Positions 44,192 to 57,775 of a stretch of 64,000 bases of DNA are shown here, piece by piece. This DNA is from the human T2T-CHM13v2.0 reference genome, Homo sapiens. The notes beneath the pieces are model-generated. The model was not told the DNA's origin and did not search any database. It worked only from the letters and a program-made list of their open reading frames with translations. The stretch is taken from assembly GCF_009914755.1 (NCBI RefSeq), contig NC_060930.1. One strand, given 5' to 3'. The position numbers were made by a program, and so were the translations under genes. Position 1 is the stretch's first letter; each line of letters starts with the position of its first letter.

Positions 44192-44669
44192 CAGTTCTCG
44201 GCCAGGCACAGTGGCTCACGCCTGTAATCCCAGTACTTTGGGAGGCGGAGGCAGGTGGATCACAAGGTCAGGGGTTCGAGACCATCCTGGCTAACACGGT
44301 GAAACCCCGTCTCTACTAAAAATACAAAAAATTAGCTGGACGTGGTGGTGGGCACTTGTAGTCTCAGCTACTCGAGAGGCTGAGACAGGAGAATCTCATG
44401 AACCCGGGAGGCGGAGGTTGCAGTGAGCCGAGATCGCACCACTGCACTCCAGCCTGGGTGACAGAGTGAGACTCCGTCTCAAAAAAAAAAAAAAAAAAAA
44501 AAAAAAAAGCAGTTCTCAACCTTGGCTGCACATTAGAATAACCTTGGGAGAGTTTCAAACTCCCAGTACCTAAGTTGCTCTCAAACCATTTAAATAATTA
44601 TCTTTGAGAGTGAGAAACTTAAAAGCTTCCAGGTAATTTCCGTGTGAGCAAGGTCTAGGAGAACTCCCG
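44192..44669. mobile_element. MER5-family hAT element split by an Alu, itself inside L2
   Basis: cagttctcaaccttggctgcacattagaataacc...aaaagcttccaggtaatt; 8-bp TSD ctttaaag 44184-44191 / ctttagag 44670-44677. Confidence 0.75.
44200..44508 (+). mobile_element. Alu (Sc/Y boundary type), full length
   Basis: accatcctggctaacacggtg with gcggaggttgcag; long poly(A); TSD aaagcagttctc at 44188-44199 and 44506-44517. Confidence 0.95.
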
Positions 44670-45994
44670 CTTTAGAGGTTTAGCACAGTATCTAGCACAC
44701 AGGAAGCATGTTAAATAAAATAAATGAGTAAATTCAGTGAGTGATTGAGTGAAAGATGTCACACAGAACATTGTAATACTTACCTATCCATCTTCCCCCA
44801 GTAGGTTGTAAACTCATAGAGAATGAGAACCATAGGGTCTTAATTGTTTTCTATACTCATCTCCTCTCACAGTGTCTTATTCACCTTTGCATTGCTTGGT
44901 ATATATTAAGAGTTCAATTTTTTGTTGAAATAAAATAACATGAAGAAAGGAGAAAATAATTTTCTTGGTTAATTAAATTCAAAATGTTCTTTATGTAGAT
45001 GGACATATTTTAAAAAATAGACTTTGTTTGTATGTTTCCAATTTTTTTTGGCTTTTATCTGGACTTTCTTGGACTCTCCTGGAAGAGTTGAGCATATCAC
45101 CCAAGGAAGGCCCTCTCATAGCTCAGAGACACTAATGTCAGCAATGCATTATTTACTGGATGGCCATTTCTTATAAACAGTTTTGTGCAGCCAGTAATGT
45201 CTGTTTCCAGTTTCAGTGCATGCTAGTTCTTATATTCCCCATGCAGTGTGAATTAGGTAAGATTTGCTTGCTCCCCTGGTCTAAGAAATGCTGCAATGTT
45301 CCTGAACTCTGCAAGACAAAGCCAGAGATGCCCATTGGTGAAATGTTTACTGATTTATTCAGCAAAATTATTTCTTCAGCATAGCAAATAGCTTAAAAGG
45401 TGCAGTGTATATATTTATTTATTTTCTCATTATTTATTTATACATATTGGTAAATTCATACTCATGAAATGTTTTGATGGAATTATTATGATGTTTAAAA
45501 GGAAATGTTTACAAGAAGTTCTGTATGTGACCCAGTACCAATTGGTATGAAAGCAAAATATAAAATAAAGGTCAAAACATAAAGACAGCCAAATATTTGA
45601 ATGATGATGATTTTACAGGTAACTACATGTATACAATACATTGATTTATTTTCCTTAGAGAGTCACTGGTTTCACCTACTGGAATTTTGACATCCCATTA
45701 TGCAATAATGTCATTATGTGGATGCCTAGGATGGCAAGACTGATGGCCCAGTTGAACTTAGCAAGGTTACTAGATGAGCAGATCTTACTGGGTCAGCTAT
45801 AAGGATAGATTCAAAGTTATTCTGATATGTATATACTGAGAACTGAATATATGCCTTGTGCGGGGTCTACTCTTAAAAATCGTAAAACACACATACACAC
45901 ACATGCAGTATGTACTTTGCACAGCAGTGAGAGAATGTAAAAATGACTAAGCTGAAACCATGCAAAGTGACCTTCATAAATAATGGGAAAAACT

Positions 45995-47665
45995 CGCTGG
46001 TGAATTGTACCAAATATTTAAAGAAAAATTAACATAAACCCTTCTCAAATGCATCCAAAAGACAGAAGAGTGGGAACTACATTTTAACTCATTTCATGAA
46101 GTCACTGTTATCCCGATACCAAAGCCAGACAAAGATATCACAAGAAAAGAAACTACAGAGCAATATCTGTTATGAATATAGATGTGAAAATCCTGAGCAA
46201 ATACTAGCAATCCAAATTCAGCAATATATAAAAAGGATTATACCCCATGACCAACTTGGATTTGCCCCAAGAATGCAAGGTTAGTTCAACTTGTGAACAT
46301 CAACTGATGCACCACAATAATAGAATAAAGGGAAAAAAATTACATGATTACTTCAATAAATATTTTAAAAAATCATTTGACAGTATCCAACACCATTTCA
46401 GATTAAAAACATTAAACAGAAAAAAATAGATGGGAATTTTCTCAATCTGATAAAGAACATCTATTAAAAACACACATCTAACATCATATTTAGTGATGAA
46501 AGACTGAAATTTGTCCCCCAAGATCAAGAATGAGGCAAGGATACTCACTCTCACCACTTCTGTTCAACATTGTACTGGTGGTACTACTCACAGCAACTAG
46601 GAAAAAAAAAGAAAAAAACTATCAAAACTATCCATATTGGAATGGAGCAAATAAAATTATCTCTGTTCACAGATGACATGATTTTATATGTACAAACCAT
46701 AATAAATCTACAAAAAAAAACTGTAGAGCTAATAAATGAGTTTAGCAAAGTTTCAGGATACAAGATCATATAAAATAAATTACAGTCATAGTTACTTAAT
46801 GACAGGGATACTCCCTGAGAAATGCATCATTAGATGATTTCTCATTGTGTGAACATCATAGAGTGTACTTATACAAACCTAGATGATATAGCCTACTACA
46901 CATCTAGTCTAGACGGTATAGCTTATTGCTCCTACTCTACAAACCTGTACAGCATATTACTCTACTGAATAGTGTAGGCAAATGTAACACAATTGTAAGT
47001 ATTTGTGTATCATATCTAAACATAGAAAAGGTAATGGATTGCACTATGACATTACAATGGTTATGGCATCACCAGGCAATAGAAATTTTTCAGCTCTATT
47101 ATAATCTTCTGGGACCATCATTGTATATGCAGTCCAACATTGACCTAAACATTATTATGTAGTACATAATTGCATATAAAAATCAGTTGCATTTCTATAT
47201 ACCATCTGAAAATGAAATTAAGAAAACAATTTAATTTACAATAGCACCAAAAACAGTAAAGTATTTAGAAATAATTTAACCAAAGTGCAAGATTTGTCCA
47301 CTGAAAACTATAAAACATGTTGAAAGAAATTAAAGAAGACCTAAATAAATGAAAAGATATCCCATGTTCATGGATAGGGAGACAATATTGTGAATATGGC
47401 AATACTTCCCAAATTGATAGGTAGATTCAATTAAATTTCTATCAAAATTTTGACTGCATTATTTTTAGAAATGGTCAAACTGATTCTAAAATGCATTTGG
47501 AATTGCAAGGAACAAAGAATATCCAAAACAGTCTTGAAAAGAACAATGTTGGGGAACTCACACTTCCCAATTTTAAAACTTGTAGTACAAAGCTACAGTA
47601 ATCAAGATAGTATGGTGCTGGCATAAGGATCAACATATAGACTAATAGAATAGAATTGGGCATCC
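45995..47665 (+). mobile_element. L1M ORF2 (reverse transcriptase region) remnant
   Basis: Frame fragments QILAIQIQQYIKRIIPHDQLGFAPRMQG and IKLSLFTDDMILY (FADD motif), ELINEFSKVSGYKI; many stops and frameshifts. Confidence 0.92.
46783..47172 (+). mobile_element. Tigger3/MER7 (TcMar) deletion derivative nested in L1
   Basis: ta|cagtcat...ctgagaaatgcatcattag...gaacatcatagagtgtactta.acaaacctagatg...gggaccatcattgtatatgcagtcc...aattg. Confidence 0.9.
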
Positions 47666-47799
47666 AGCTGAGACAATTCGTGGCTGAAAATTAAAGTCTG
47701 TCTGCAAATAGCACCTCCAGTAGCCAAGGTAATAAATCTCTCTTTGAAGAGGGATTTGAACCATACACCACTGTATCTACCACACTGATGCATGTGATT

Positions 47800-48680
47800 A
47801 CATTAAGATTAAAGATTTCTGTTCAATAAAGGATATCTTGGATAATGTTAACAGAAGTAGAAAGGGTGATTGTATCACCAGTGTTTACAATTGATACTTA
47901 CTAATTTCTAGAATGTAAAAAAATGTCTTTAGCAATCTCAACCAAAGAAAAATGGGCAATAAATATAAGCAGGTAATTTAAAGAAAATAAAATGCCACAG
48001 CCTAGAAAGCATACAAAAGGATTCTCAAACATAATGAGAGAAAAATAAAATAAAATAATGGAGATACACCTTCATACCTATTTGCCTAACAGGAATTAGA
48101 AAAATGGAAAACAACAATTTGGCAAGGGTGTGGGGATACAGCAAGGTAGCCATATATGCCAATTTGTCTGAGACAGTCCTGGTTTGCACTTGTTGTTCAG
48201 CATAATTATTAGCACCTGCTTTTATTGTCAAAAGCGTCCCCAGTTGAACAATAAATCACATTGTCTCCCTGGAATAGAGGGATCATCATACACTGCTGGT
48301 GTAAATGTAGACTGGTGTACCCATTTGGGTAAACAATTTGGCACACTATTCAGTCAAATTAAGTATTTGAACACCTTGCAATGCCAAAAAATAAAAAATC
48401 CCCCCTGGGTATCTGATTATATATAGAGAGAAAACTATTACATATGTTCAGAAAGGGACATACAATAATCTGTTTATTGTAGAATTATTTGTAGTGGCAA
48501 CAAGTTATTAATAGAAGCTGAGTGTTCATAACTGAGAGAAGAAAAGTAAACCGTGGCAGATGCTTGTAATGAGGAACCATATAGCAATTAGATTCAGTAC
48601 GATAGATATAAATATTAAAAAGAATAGGTGGATATGAAAGACATAATGTTAAGTGAAAATGTTATTAAAAATGGGATGAT
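47800..48680 (+). mobile_element. L1M 3' region remnant
   Basis: aaaaatgggcaataaatataagcagg...gagatacaccttcataccta...catacactgctggtgtaaatgtagactggtgtacccatttgg. Confidence 0.75.
48142..48271. mobile_element. MER94 (hAT-Blackjack)
   Basis: aggtagccatatatgccaatttgtctgagacagtcctggttt...cataattattagcacc...caaaagcgtcccca...gtctccct. Confidence 0.75.
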
Positions 48681-48683
48681 AAT

Positions 48684-48885
48684 ATGGTAGAGTGACCTCC
48701 ACTGATCCACATTATTGTATAATTAACCTCCCTTTCACTGTGGATGGGACCTCTGAATGTGATGGGATATCAGTTCCGTGATTATGTTATAAGGCAAAGG
48801 TAAATGGGTTTTGCTGATATAATTAAGGTTTCTAATCAGTTGACTTTGATTTAAATACAGGGAAATCCTGAATGGGCATGGACCA
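48684..48885 (+). mobile_element. MLT1 (MaLR) LTR 5' fragment
   Basis: tgtggatgggacctctgaatgtgatgggatatca...ttttgctgatataattaaggtttctaatcagttgactttga. Confidence 0.75.
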
Positions 48886-48889
48886 TTTA

Positions 48890-51225
48890 TTAGAAGTAGA
48901 TACTTGCAATATTATAGCCCTAATCAGGAGTGTCCCTGAAAGACAGTGGGGAAGGGAAATCCTTCTAAAAGAAAGAAATTAGAAGAGTACCTTTGGTTGC
49001 CCCCTGTGTTAGTCTGTTTTGCATTGCTATAAAGGAATGCTTGAGGCTGGGTAATTTATAAAGAAAAGAGGTTTACTAGGCTCATGATTCTGCAGCCTGT
49101 ACAATCATGGCACTAACATCTGCTCAATTTCTGGTGAAGCCTCAGGAAGTTTACAATCATGGTGGAAGGCAAAGGGAGAGAAAAGGGAGAAGGCGCAAGA
49201 CAAGGAGAGGAAGCAAGAGAGAGTGGGGAGGTGCCAGAATTTTTAACAGTCAGATCTCATGATAACTAATAGAATGAGAATTCACTCATTACCATAGGAA
49301 GGGCACCAAGCTATTCATGAGGGATCCACCCCCATGATCCAAACACCTCCCATTAGGCACTACCTCTACCATTAGGGATCACATTTCAACATGAAGTTTG
49401 AAGGGGACAAACATCCAACGTGTATCACCTCCTTTCTCAGGACTGGATATAGCCAGAAATATAGATCGACACTGATTCATAGGCAGTGGCTAATAACCAC
49501 TGGTTAGGTTTGATGGTTAAGAACAAGATCAGAGCACAAATGGCAAGAAATACTGAAGAAGATATTTGTGAATAGATTCCACATGGAGTGCAAAGACATA
49601 TGTTCACCCAAAGTCATCCACTGCAGATAACGCTCTCAATAATCAAGATCGAGTTTAAAAAATAAGATGTTTTGTAGATACCAGGCGGCCTCTTCCCTAG
49701 CCACTCGGGTGCTTGCTGAATGAATGTGAAATACAGTCATGATAGCAGGGGTGGAAGCTATGCATTGGTTCAACAGCATGGGTTTCTTTTCATCAAGGCT
49801 GATCTTTGGCTGCCATTGCAGAATGCATAAACTACAGAGACCAGTGCTAAGTCCCCAAATGACACCATTCCCTGGGAATAGCAGCCAGCAACTTTGTGGT
49901 ATATTGATTACACTGGATACCTTGCCTCATATATACAACAACAATTAGTTCGAACTGTAATGTACAGGTAGTCTAGAAATGGGTTTTCCTTCTCTTTTCT
50001 CACTGCTTCCAACAGCACCACCATCATGGACTTATAGAAAGTCTAAGTCACTATATTCTGTGCAACATCGTTTAATTCCACACAGTATTAAGTCACTGTA
50101 TTCTGTGCAACATTATTTAATTCCACGCAATATTACCTTTGACCAAAAACCTTAACAGAGCAACCAAAGAAGTACAATAATGAATTTATGTCCATGGAAT
50201 TCACTGGTCGTATCACAGTATCCCATCACTTATGCACTGGACTGACAAAATGATGAAATGATCTATGAAGAATCATTATCATTCCAGTTAAGAATATCCT
50301 AAAAGTTTGGGGCTATGTCTTATAAAATGCCATCATATGCTTTGAATCAGTGGCCAACATATGGTGCTGTTTCTACCATGGCCAGAATGCAGGAGTCTAG
50401 TAGTCAGTGTCACTGTTCCATCTGGTAACCCGGTAGCAGAAGTTTTGCTTTCCATTCCCCACAAGTTGGTGCTCTTCTGGTTTAGAGGTTCTAATTCCCA
50501 CAGAAAGAAAACTTCTACAAGCAGACATAACAATTGTTCCACTGAACTGAAAGTTGAGACTGTCACCTGTCTATTTTAGGATCTTCATGCCACTGAGCCA
50601 ATAGGCAAAGAAGGGGATTACTCTAATGACTGTGGTGGTTGATCCTGATTAGCAAGGAGAATTTGGCTACAGCTATATAATACAGGTGGAGGAAAAACCA
50701 GAGGACTCACTGGGATGCCTCTCAGAATTTTCATTTATAAGACTAAAAGTTAAAAGAATACTAAAGAAATTAAAAAAACAGAGAATAACTGAGGATTAAA
50801 ACTTCTCATAATGGAAGTATGGGGCTTTTGCCAGGCAAAGAACTGGCTGAAATGATGGCTGAAAGCCAAAGAAATATAGACCAGTTAGTAGACAAAGAAG
50901 GTTATGAAAATTAACTATAGTCTTGTGACCAATTCTAGAAACATGGGCTGTAGCAGCTACACATATTTTCTTCCTTGCTTATCACATATATTTCTATTTC
51001 TTTTTTTCTGTCTGTTGTGTTGTATAAGGAGTGTTGTTGGTGGTAAAATTGACAATTCATTATTTAGGTGACTAATTGTCTATATATGAAAACAACACCT
51101 ATGGAAAACTTGAGTCTCCTCTTGGGGAGGGAGGCTAGAGAGTGAGACCATCTTCTGAAAGATAGTTGCATTTTACTAAACAGAAGCACAAAGTTGTTAT
51201 TGGACAAAAGGTTTTTTCTGATATG
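48890..51225 (+). mobile_element. ERVL (class III ERV) internal pol remnant: RNase H and integrase
   Basis: 49450ff reads like (W)PE..I.TDS.AVAN (RNase H); 49710-49925 resembles HG..GGSYA.VQQHG and QRPVLSP...IP....PATLWYIDYTG.L (integrase); heavily disrupted. Confidence 0.8.
49005..49427 (-). mobile_element. MSTA-type MaLR solo LTR nested in ERVL pol
   Basis: tgtgttagtctgttttgcattgctataaagga...tttacaatcatggtggaaggcaaagg...ggacaaacatccaacgtgtatca; 5-bp TSD ccccc/cctcc. Confidence 0.92.
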
Positions 51226-51712
51226 TGTACAAGCATATTATTAAGCTATTGTCCTTCAGCTCTAAATTTCCCCCTTCTAGATCTTGCCTTGTGAAACTAG
51301 GCCTGGAATTCTTCAGATTACTTTGTTAGCTGAACCCGTTAAATCTGTCAAAAAGATAGTGTAGAGAGAAACTGGAAGACAGGGAGAGGGCAGAGAGGGA
51401 CTTGTTCCTTTTTATTTGCTTGCTCTTCCTGTCAGTGTCACCAGAGCAATGATACTTTATCCTGGCAGCAGCAATGTCTTTCCATCTCCAACTCTATTTG
51501 GCACTCCCAGAAGCAGCCTCATCATACCCTGCCCCGCTCAGAAACACCAGCAACAGCTGGCAATGCCTCCTGAGGTTTCAACCTCAACTATTCAAGACCA
51601 TTTTTCTCACCTGGCGTTACTAGCACTAGCTGAGTAGCACTCCCTCTTCAGAGGTGAGTGCTAGTTCCTTGGGGCTCCTCCTCCAAACTTTAAAGTATTA
51701 ATAACCCTCATC
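51225..51712 (+). mobile_element. ERVL LTR (LTR33-like), 3'-truncated; probable 3' LTR of the upstream pol remnant
   Basis: gttaaatctgtcaaaaaga...agagagaaactggaagacaggga...cctggcagcagc...ggggctcctcctccaa. Confidence 0.6.
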
Positions 51713-51713
51713 C

Positions 51714-52370
<657 letters not shown>

Positions 52371-54849
52371 GGGATCAGTTCAACCTATTACTAGGAGAAG
52401 TAAGTTCTTCAATACAACACCAGTCCCATTAAAACTTTTCCAACACTGCACAATTACTAATAAAAATTCAATGACATTATTTTTACAGTAGAAATTTCAT
52501 ATCTTAGTAGCTCACAGAGGTAGAGTTGGTCTTTAAGAGAGGACAAAGAAGGTGACTCATGGCCATGTGGCTATATTTTAGGAATGCCGCAAATTCCTCC
52601 AGCCTAAAATATCTTTTCCATCTGCCAACTACAGTCTTAAATCCAGTTACACTACTGAGATACATTGTTTTGGGCCTATAGCACGGACCCTCCAAGCTTT
52701 TTTTGGAAAAGGCAAATGTCTCTTAGCATTTATCATCTCTTAACACCTCATATTGATTACCTTATTACCTTATCTGGTTGATGATAACAGGTAAGGCAAT
52801 AGTAAGGAGTCCCTCAGAGGAAGGAATCTGTATGGGTTGAAATGTCCCAAAGGGCAGGTCTGGAACCTGTGTGGTCAGGTTGATAGGAAGAGTGAGGAAA
52901 GGGCTGGAGGGTGGTGGTGCACTCCAGGCACAATGTGTCTAATTTGCAATTTCTCTTTATAACAACACTACCCATACCACCATTTAATTATATCTTAGAA
53001 CAGGCAACCTATGAGAGGATGTTTGGAAATCTAGTCCCTTTTCTCAACAAAAGAAGTTCCTTGTTGGAGACATGGCTGAAGAATGGCATCGGCCTTGAGT
53101 TTGCAAGGAAACTGTAGGTCATTTAAACCTAAGACTGTCACCAGGAAGAACCTTAGACTCTAAGAATTCTCTTGAAGTATTTCCAGCTTTTAATGGCCTA
53201 ACGATTAAGCAAAGAAGTCTGCAAGACCCTTGTTGATCTTTTCTAATGACATTTAAGTGCCAATGTCTAAGTGATTTATTTTTCAGCTAATGCAATAACA
53301 GACAGAACAATACCTGAAAACTAGTGTCCCATGTGATATGGGGCAAGATATTGGCCTTCCTTAAACTGTCACAATTTTGAACTCCTTATAACTAAGTTTC
53401 CTATCTCTCCAGGTCCCTTTCCAATTATATATATATATATATATATAAAATATTCCTACTATATATATATAAAGTTTAGTAAGAATATGGAAAGAAAGAA
53501 TGAAGGAACAAAAGAAGGAAGAGAGATAGATACCCATTTAAACAAATAAAAGTGGTTATTTATGGGGAGGGGAATGGGAAGATATTAAAAGTGGTAAAAA
53601 AAATTTAAAGGAAACTTTATTATATACATTTTATTATTGCTTGACTTTGGCTTACAGTGAGCATTATTCAGGAATCCTTTTAGTAGTTTTAGTAAAAATT
53701 ATACTTAATTGATTCTACTAACTAAAAGACATTTGTTCTCACATTTAGGATTCAACTTGAGGAAGGGAGACAGGGCCATCTCTGTGGTCTAGATAAGTGC
53801 TGACCACATAATTTAAAAAGTGGATCCTATAAAAGTCCCCACTGACTGAATTAAGCTTAAGAATAATACTCAAATTATACAAAACCAAGCTGAATAAAAA
53901 TGCAAGTACTCCAATTCTTTGTTACATCTACTTCCCCCCACCCCACCCCCAGAAAGAATAAACTACTGCTGTTTTTGAAAGTGTCATAAAGATACAGGTC
54001 GGTTATGCTGCTCCCCTGGACGGGTTTCCATTGGTAATAAATGGTTTTCTGAGAGATTTGAGTTAAAGCTCTTATGTAAATAGAGAGAGGCTTACATAAT
54101 GCTCTTTAAACTAGAACTTTGAAGACAATCTGCAGTAGGCATATGAAATCTGTTTGTGCTGCAAATGGCATCTGAAAACTGACAGGAAACCATCCAAGAC
54201 GCGGTTTAAGAAAACAGGAAGAATAAACACCCACGGTGCAAACTTCTGATCAATCATTTTACCAAACTTCAACCACGACTAGAGAATATGTAAGAAGTGT
54301 GTCCTGGGGCTTATAATAATGCCACTAGCCACAGTATGTTTTCAGGAGCGCCCAAGAACATTATTCATTGTAAATTTCTATGTAAATTATCCAGGGGCAG
54401 GGGCATTGCTTTGGTCCGCCCAAGAGTCAGATGGCGCGGGTTCCCTCCCTGTGAGTTTCGACAGTGCATCATCTTACGGAAGAGGCTAAACTAGTATTGA
54501 TTTTCCACTTTCTAAAAGGAGTAACCATTTGGAGCAAAGGCAAGCTCTCAGGGACGCGGGGGTTGATAGGGGGCAGGTCTGCGAAAAAGAGAAACACTTC
54601 AAACAGCGCTGCGGAGAGTGGGGGATGGAGCTGTGGGGAGCGAGCGGAGGCTTCTCTCTGCCCAAGTAGTGGGGCTGCAAAGTTCCTGCCACAACGGCTG
54701 AGACGTTCTGATTCTGTGGACCTGCCAGGAGAGGCGTTTCCCTTGCCAAAATAGAGCCTTCTTAGGAGAGGTTTATGTATTGTTCGGGAAGGCAGGAGTA
54801 TCTTCTAGTCGTTTTCACTCTCCTCCACCTTTATTACCCTGAATCCTTA

Positions 54850-56105
54850 GGCCCTCCCCTCGGAACCCCTTCAAAGTGGAGAGGGAGCGTGGGAGGGAGA
54901 GAGCGCGCGCCAAGTTTCAAATGTCGCCAGTCTTTCCAGAAGCCCCTGGCTCTCGCAGGACTGGGTGCAGGCGCCTCTCCGGGCCTCGGAGCCCCGCCCC
55001 GCCTCCCCATCCCCACAATCCCAAGGCTCCAGGCTCTGCAGGGAACCGCGGCGGGAATTTTCCAGCCTCAAATACGGGGCGGACTAATTTTCAGGTCCAC
55101 TCCAACCCAGAGATCGGATTCCACTTGATCTTGGAGTTCGCGAAGTAACTGCCAAGTCAGAGCGTGCGTTCCGCAGTGCGCGGTGGCTGCGCGGCGCTGG
55201 CTCTTGCTGTGGGGCAGACAGCAGAGGACCAGGGGCGAGTCGGCAGCGGGAGGAGCCGCCTGGCCAGGAGCCTCGGACAGTGTCTCCCCGTCCCGAACCC
55301 CTTCCCGCCACCTCCTCCACCCCCCGCCCCGCATTCCCCCCGGGGCGACCCTCCCTCCACCTGCGGACTGCCCCAAGGAATGGAAAACCTGCACTCAGAA
55401 GCCACCCCCCACCCCGCCTCTGCCGTATCTGCTAACTTTGCTAACACTCCCCTTCCCCTGCCTTGTAAGTCACTATTTACGACCGCGTCGACTCGCGCTC
55501 ACGCACGCCTGCCCTTTTCTCCAGAAGCCTGAAAGTGGCTGAATTCAAACACTGACACGTGAAAACTCTATTCTGAGTGACTTAGAATCTCCCGCTTTGA
55601 GGTTTTAATCTTGATCCGCCGGTCCTGCCCAAAGTTCAGAGCAGCTGTCCGAAAGGTCCCCGCATTTGCTGTCCCTAGGAAAGGTGAGGCTAGGAGGAAG
55701 GGGGAGGCAACGCAGGGAATGTGAGAGGACTGGGGCCACACTGTGTATCTAGGAGGAAACTCTGAATCCTAATCTCAAGAATGTAAGTCTTTGCGCAGTT
55801 TCCAAATCGAGTCCATTTAGCAGCTTTCTTCGGAGCCCGGGTACCCCAAGTGGCAACTTAGGAACTGGGAGAAGGAACGTGCCACCACCGACCACCTATC
55901 CTGGTGGGAGGAGGTACTGCTCCCCCCTACTCCTCCCTTTTCCCTGCTCCCTCTCCATCAGCAACAGGTTGTCAAGTTGAGGAGACATCCCCTCCAAACT
56001 CTCTCACTCCCCACTTGTGGCCGAGGCCTGCCCTGTGTTCATCCCAGACAGTCAGGCAGACGCTGAGCTGTCCGCGTCGGCGTGGGCGCCTGTGGCCAGC
56101 GTATT
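54850..56105. promoter_or_regulatory. CpG island / CpG-rich region 1
   Basis: High GC, dense CpG (gagcgcgcgc, ccgcggcgg, gtgcgcggtggctgcgcggcgc), GC boxes (ccccgccccgcc about 54992). Confidence 0.88.
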
Positions 56106-57775
56106 GTGAGATTTCTAAATGTCAGGGCACTGTTAAGGAAATGTCTGACAAACCTGTAGTAAACCTCTTCACGAAGGAAAGGAGGGCTGTTGTCTTGGCT
56201 TTTGGTTGTGTGTCCCTCATGGCCCCCAAGAAAACAATTTTTCTGTTCCAAACACTCTTTGGATCAAGTTTCGTCCTTGCATTTCTAGTTTAGGCGTTTC
56301 TACTAGAAACGAATGTGTGGTGCGTTTTGGTTGGGCATTACTTGCAGGTGTCTTGCCGCTTAAGTTTCCTGGACTGAGACGTTGACTGGTGACCTAGGCT
56401 TGTTTGGGGCAGCTGTAAAAGGTCCCTGTAACGCTCCAGGTCTACCTGGGGACCGCCCACCAACTCCCTGGTCTCCAATTATCATTGTTAGTGCAAGGTG
56501 GAGAACGAGCTTAATTCTTTAATATGACCTCCTATTTTGATTCAGTCGAGGAAAGAAAGGAAAACAGTGGAGATGGTGGCTAGACACCCCCAAACTCTGA
56601 CTTCGGAGAAGGAAAATCCTCAACTACTGCCTCTCAGCACTTTGCATTGTATTCCTGAAACCTGGAAATGAAAATAGAAATTGTTTGATGTATGAGGAGA
56701 CGTTATCTAATTAGGGCGTAAGAAATTTAATCTTTCCAGCAAGCAGGTCATATAATTAATGTTAATTTAACGCTCAAATTCTCAGTCATTAAATTTTATT
56801 CTCTTAAATGTAGTTTGGCATGGGCCCCTGATCCATGGCAATGGATTTTACTGGATGTGAGAGCGCTCTTGGTCTTAGGAGTGACTCACCACAAACCCAC
56901 CCTTCCCAATAACAAGATCACATCATGTATGCATTATTAAGCCACATAATTGAACGGTCCATAGTTTGCATATCAGACTATTAAAATAATGTGTTTTGCT
57001 TTTCTCTGAACACGTATTGTTCAAGCCTCTGCGAGTATGTAGTGATTCTGATAATTACCTCCAAACTACTGCAAATATTCACTTCATTAACATGATTTCT
57101 TTCAAGCATTTTTTTAAAATGTGGATATCATTGTGAATTAAGAGACTTTTTACAAAGTTATGTGAACTTTTTTAAAAAAGGAATTTGTCATTGGAAAGGA
57201 AAGCATATATTTTAAATGGAGGATGTAGAAAAATGCTTTGACTATGCCTTTCAAATGGCTTCCTAAGATCAAATAAAAGTTTTTCTGTCCAGTTTTTCAT
57301 GCTACTTCTAGGCAAAAGGCAGACAGAAAGAAACAAAGAGAGATGGGGCTGACTTTCAAAGTCACAGGAGAGTAAGAGAGAATCAATTTTTCAAGTTCCA
57401 ACTATCCACGTCCTTCTGGTATAGATAACTTGTCCCTACAAATAAAATCTTAACTCATTATCTGAGATAGAGGAGACTATACAACTGCCCTTTTAAAAGA
57501 ACAAACTCAAAATTTTCTGAAGCTAACAGCTCATCATTAACTAAATATTTACTGTTTTCCCCTCACTCTTCTGAGCTATACTATTGGAGAAATTATAAGC
57601 AGTAAAAAGTCTTCATTGTAACCTTCCCTTCACACACTGTTTTCAAAGTTGAATAGCAAGACATTAAAAAAAAACCTATTGCAAAATAAAAGTCTCTTTT
57701 AAATGTGAGAAATTTGCAACTACACTTCTTTCTAGTAAGTTTTTCCTTTGAGTGATTTTTAAACTCTCCTAACAG

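Noticed and set aside
46096-46773. Reverse-transcriptase-like peptides
   Set aside because: Frameshifted L1 ORF2 relics, not a novel RT system
50044-50133. Repeat resembling a CRISPR-like array
   Set aside because: Only two adjacent units, no spacers, eukaryotic ERV context
53450-53488. 12-bp inverted repeat around a (TA)n spacer
   Set aside because: Short, AT-rich and adjacent to a microsatellite; no functional support
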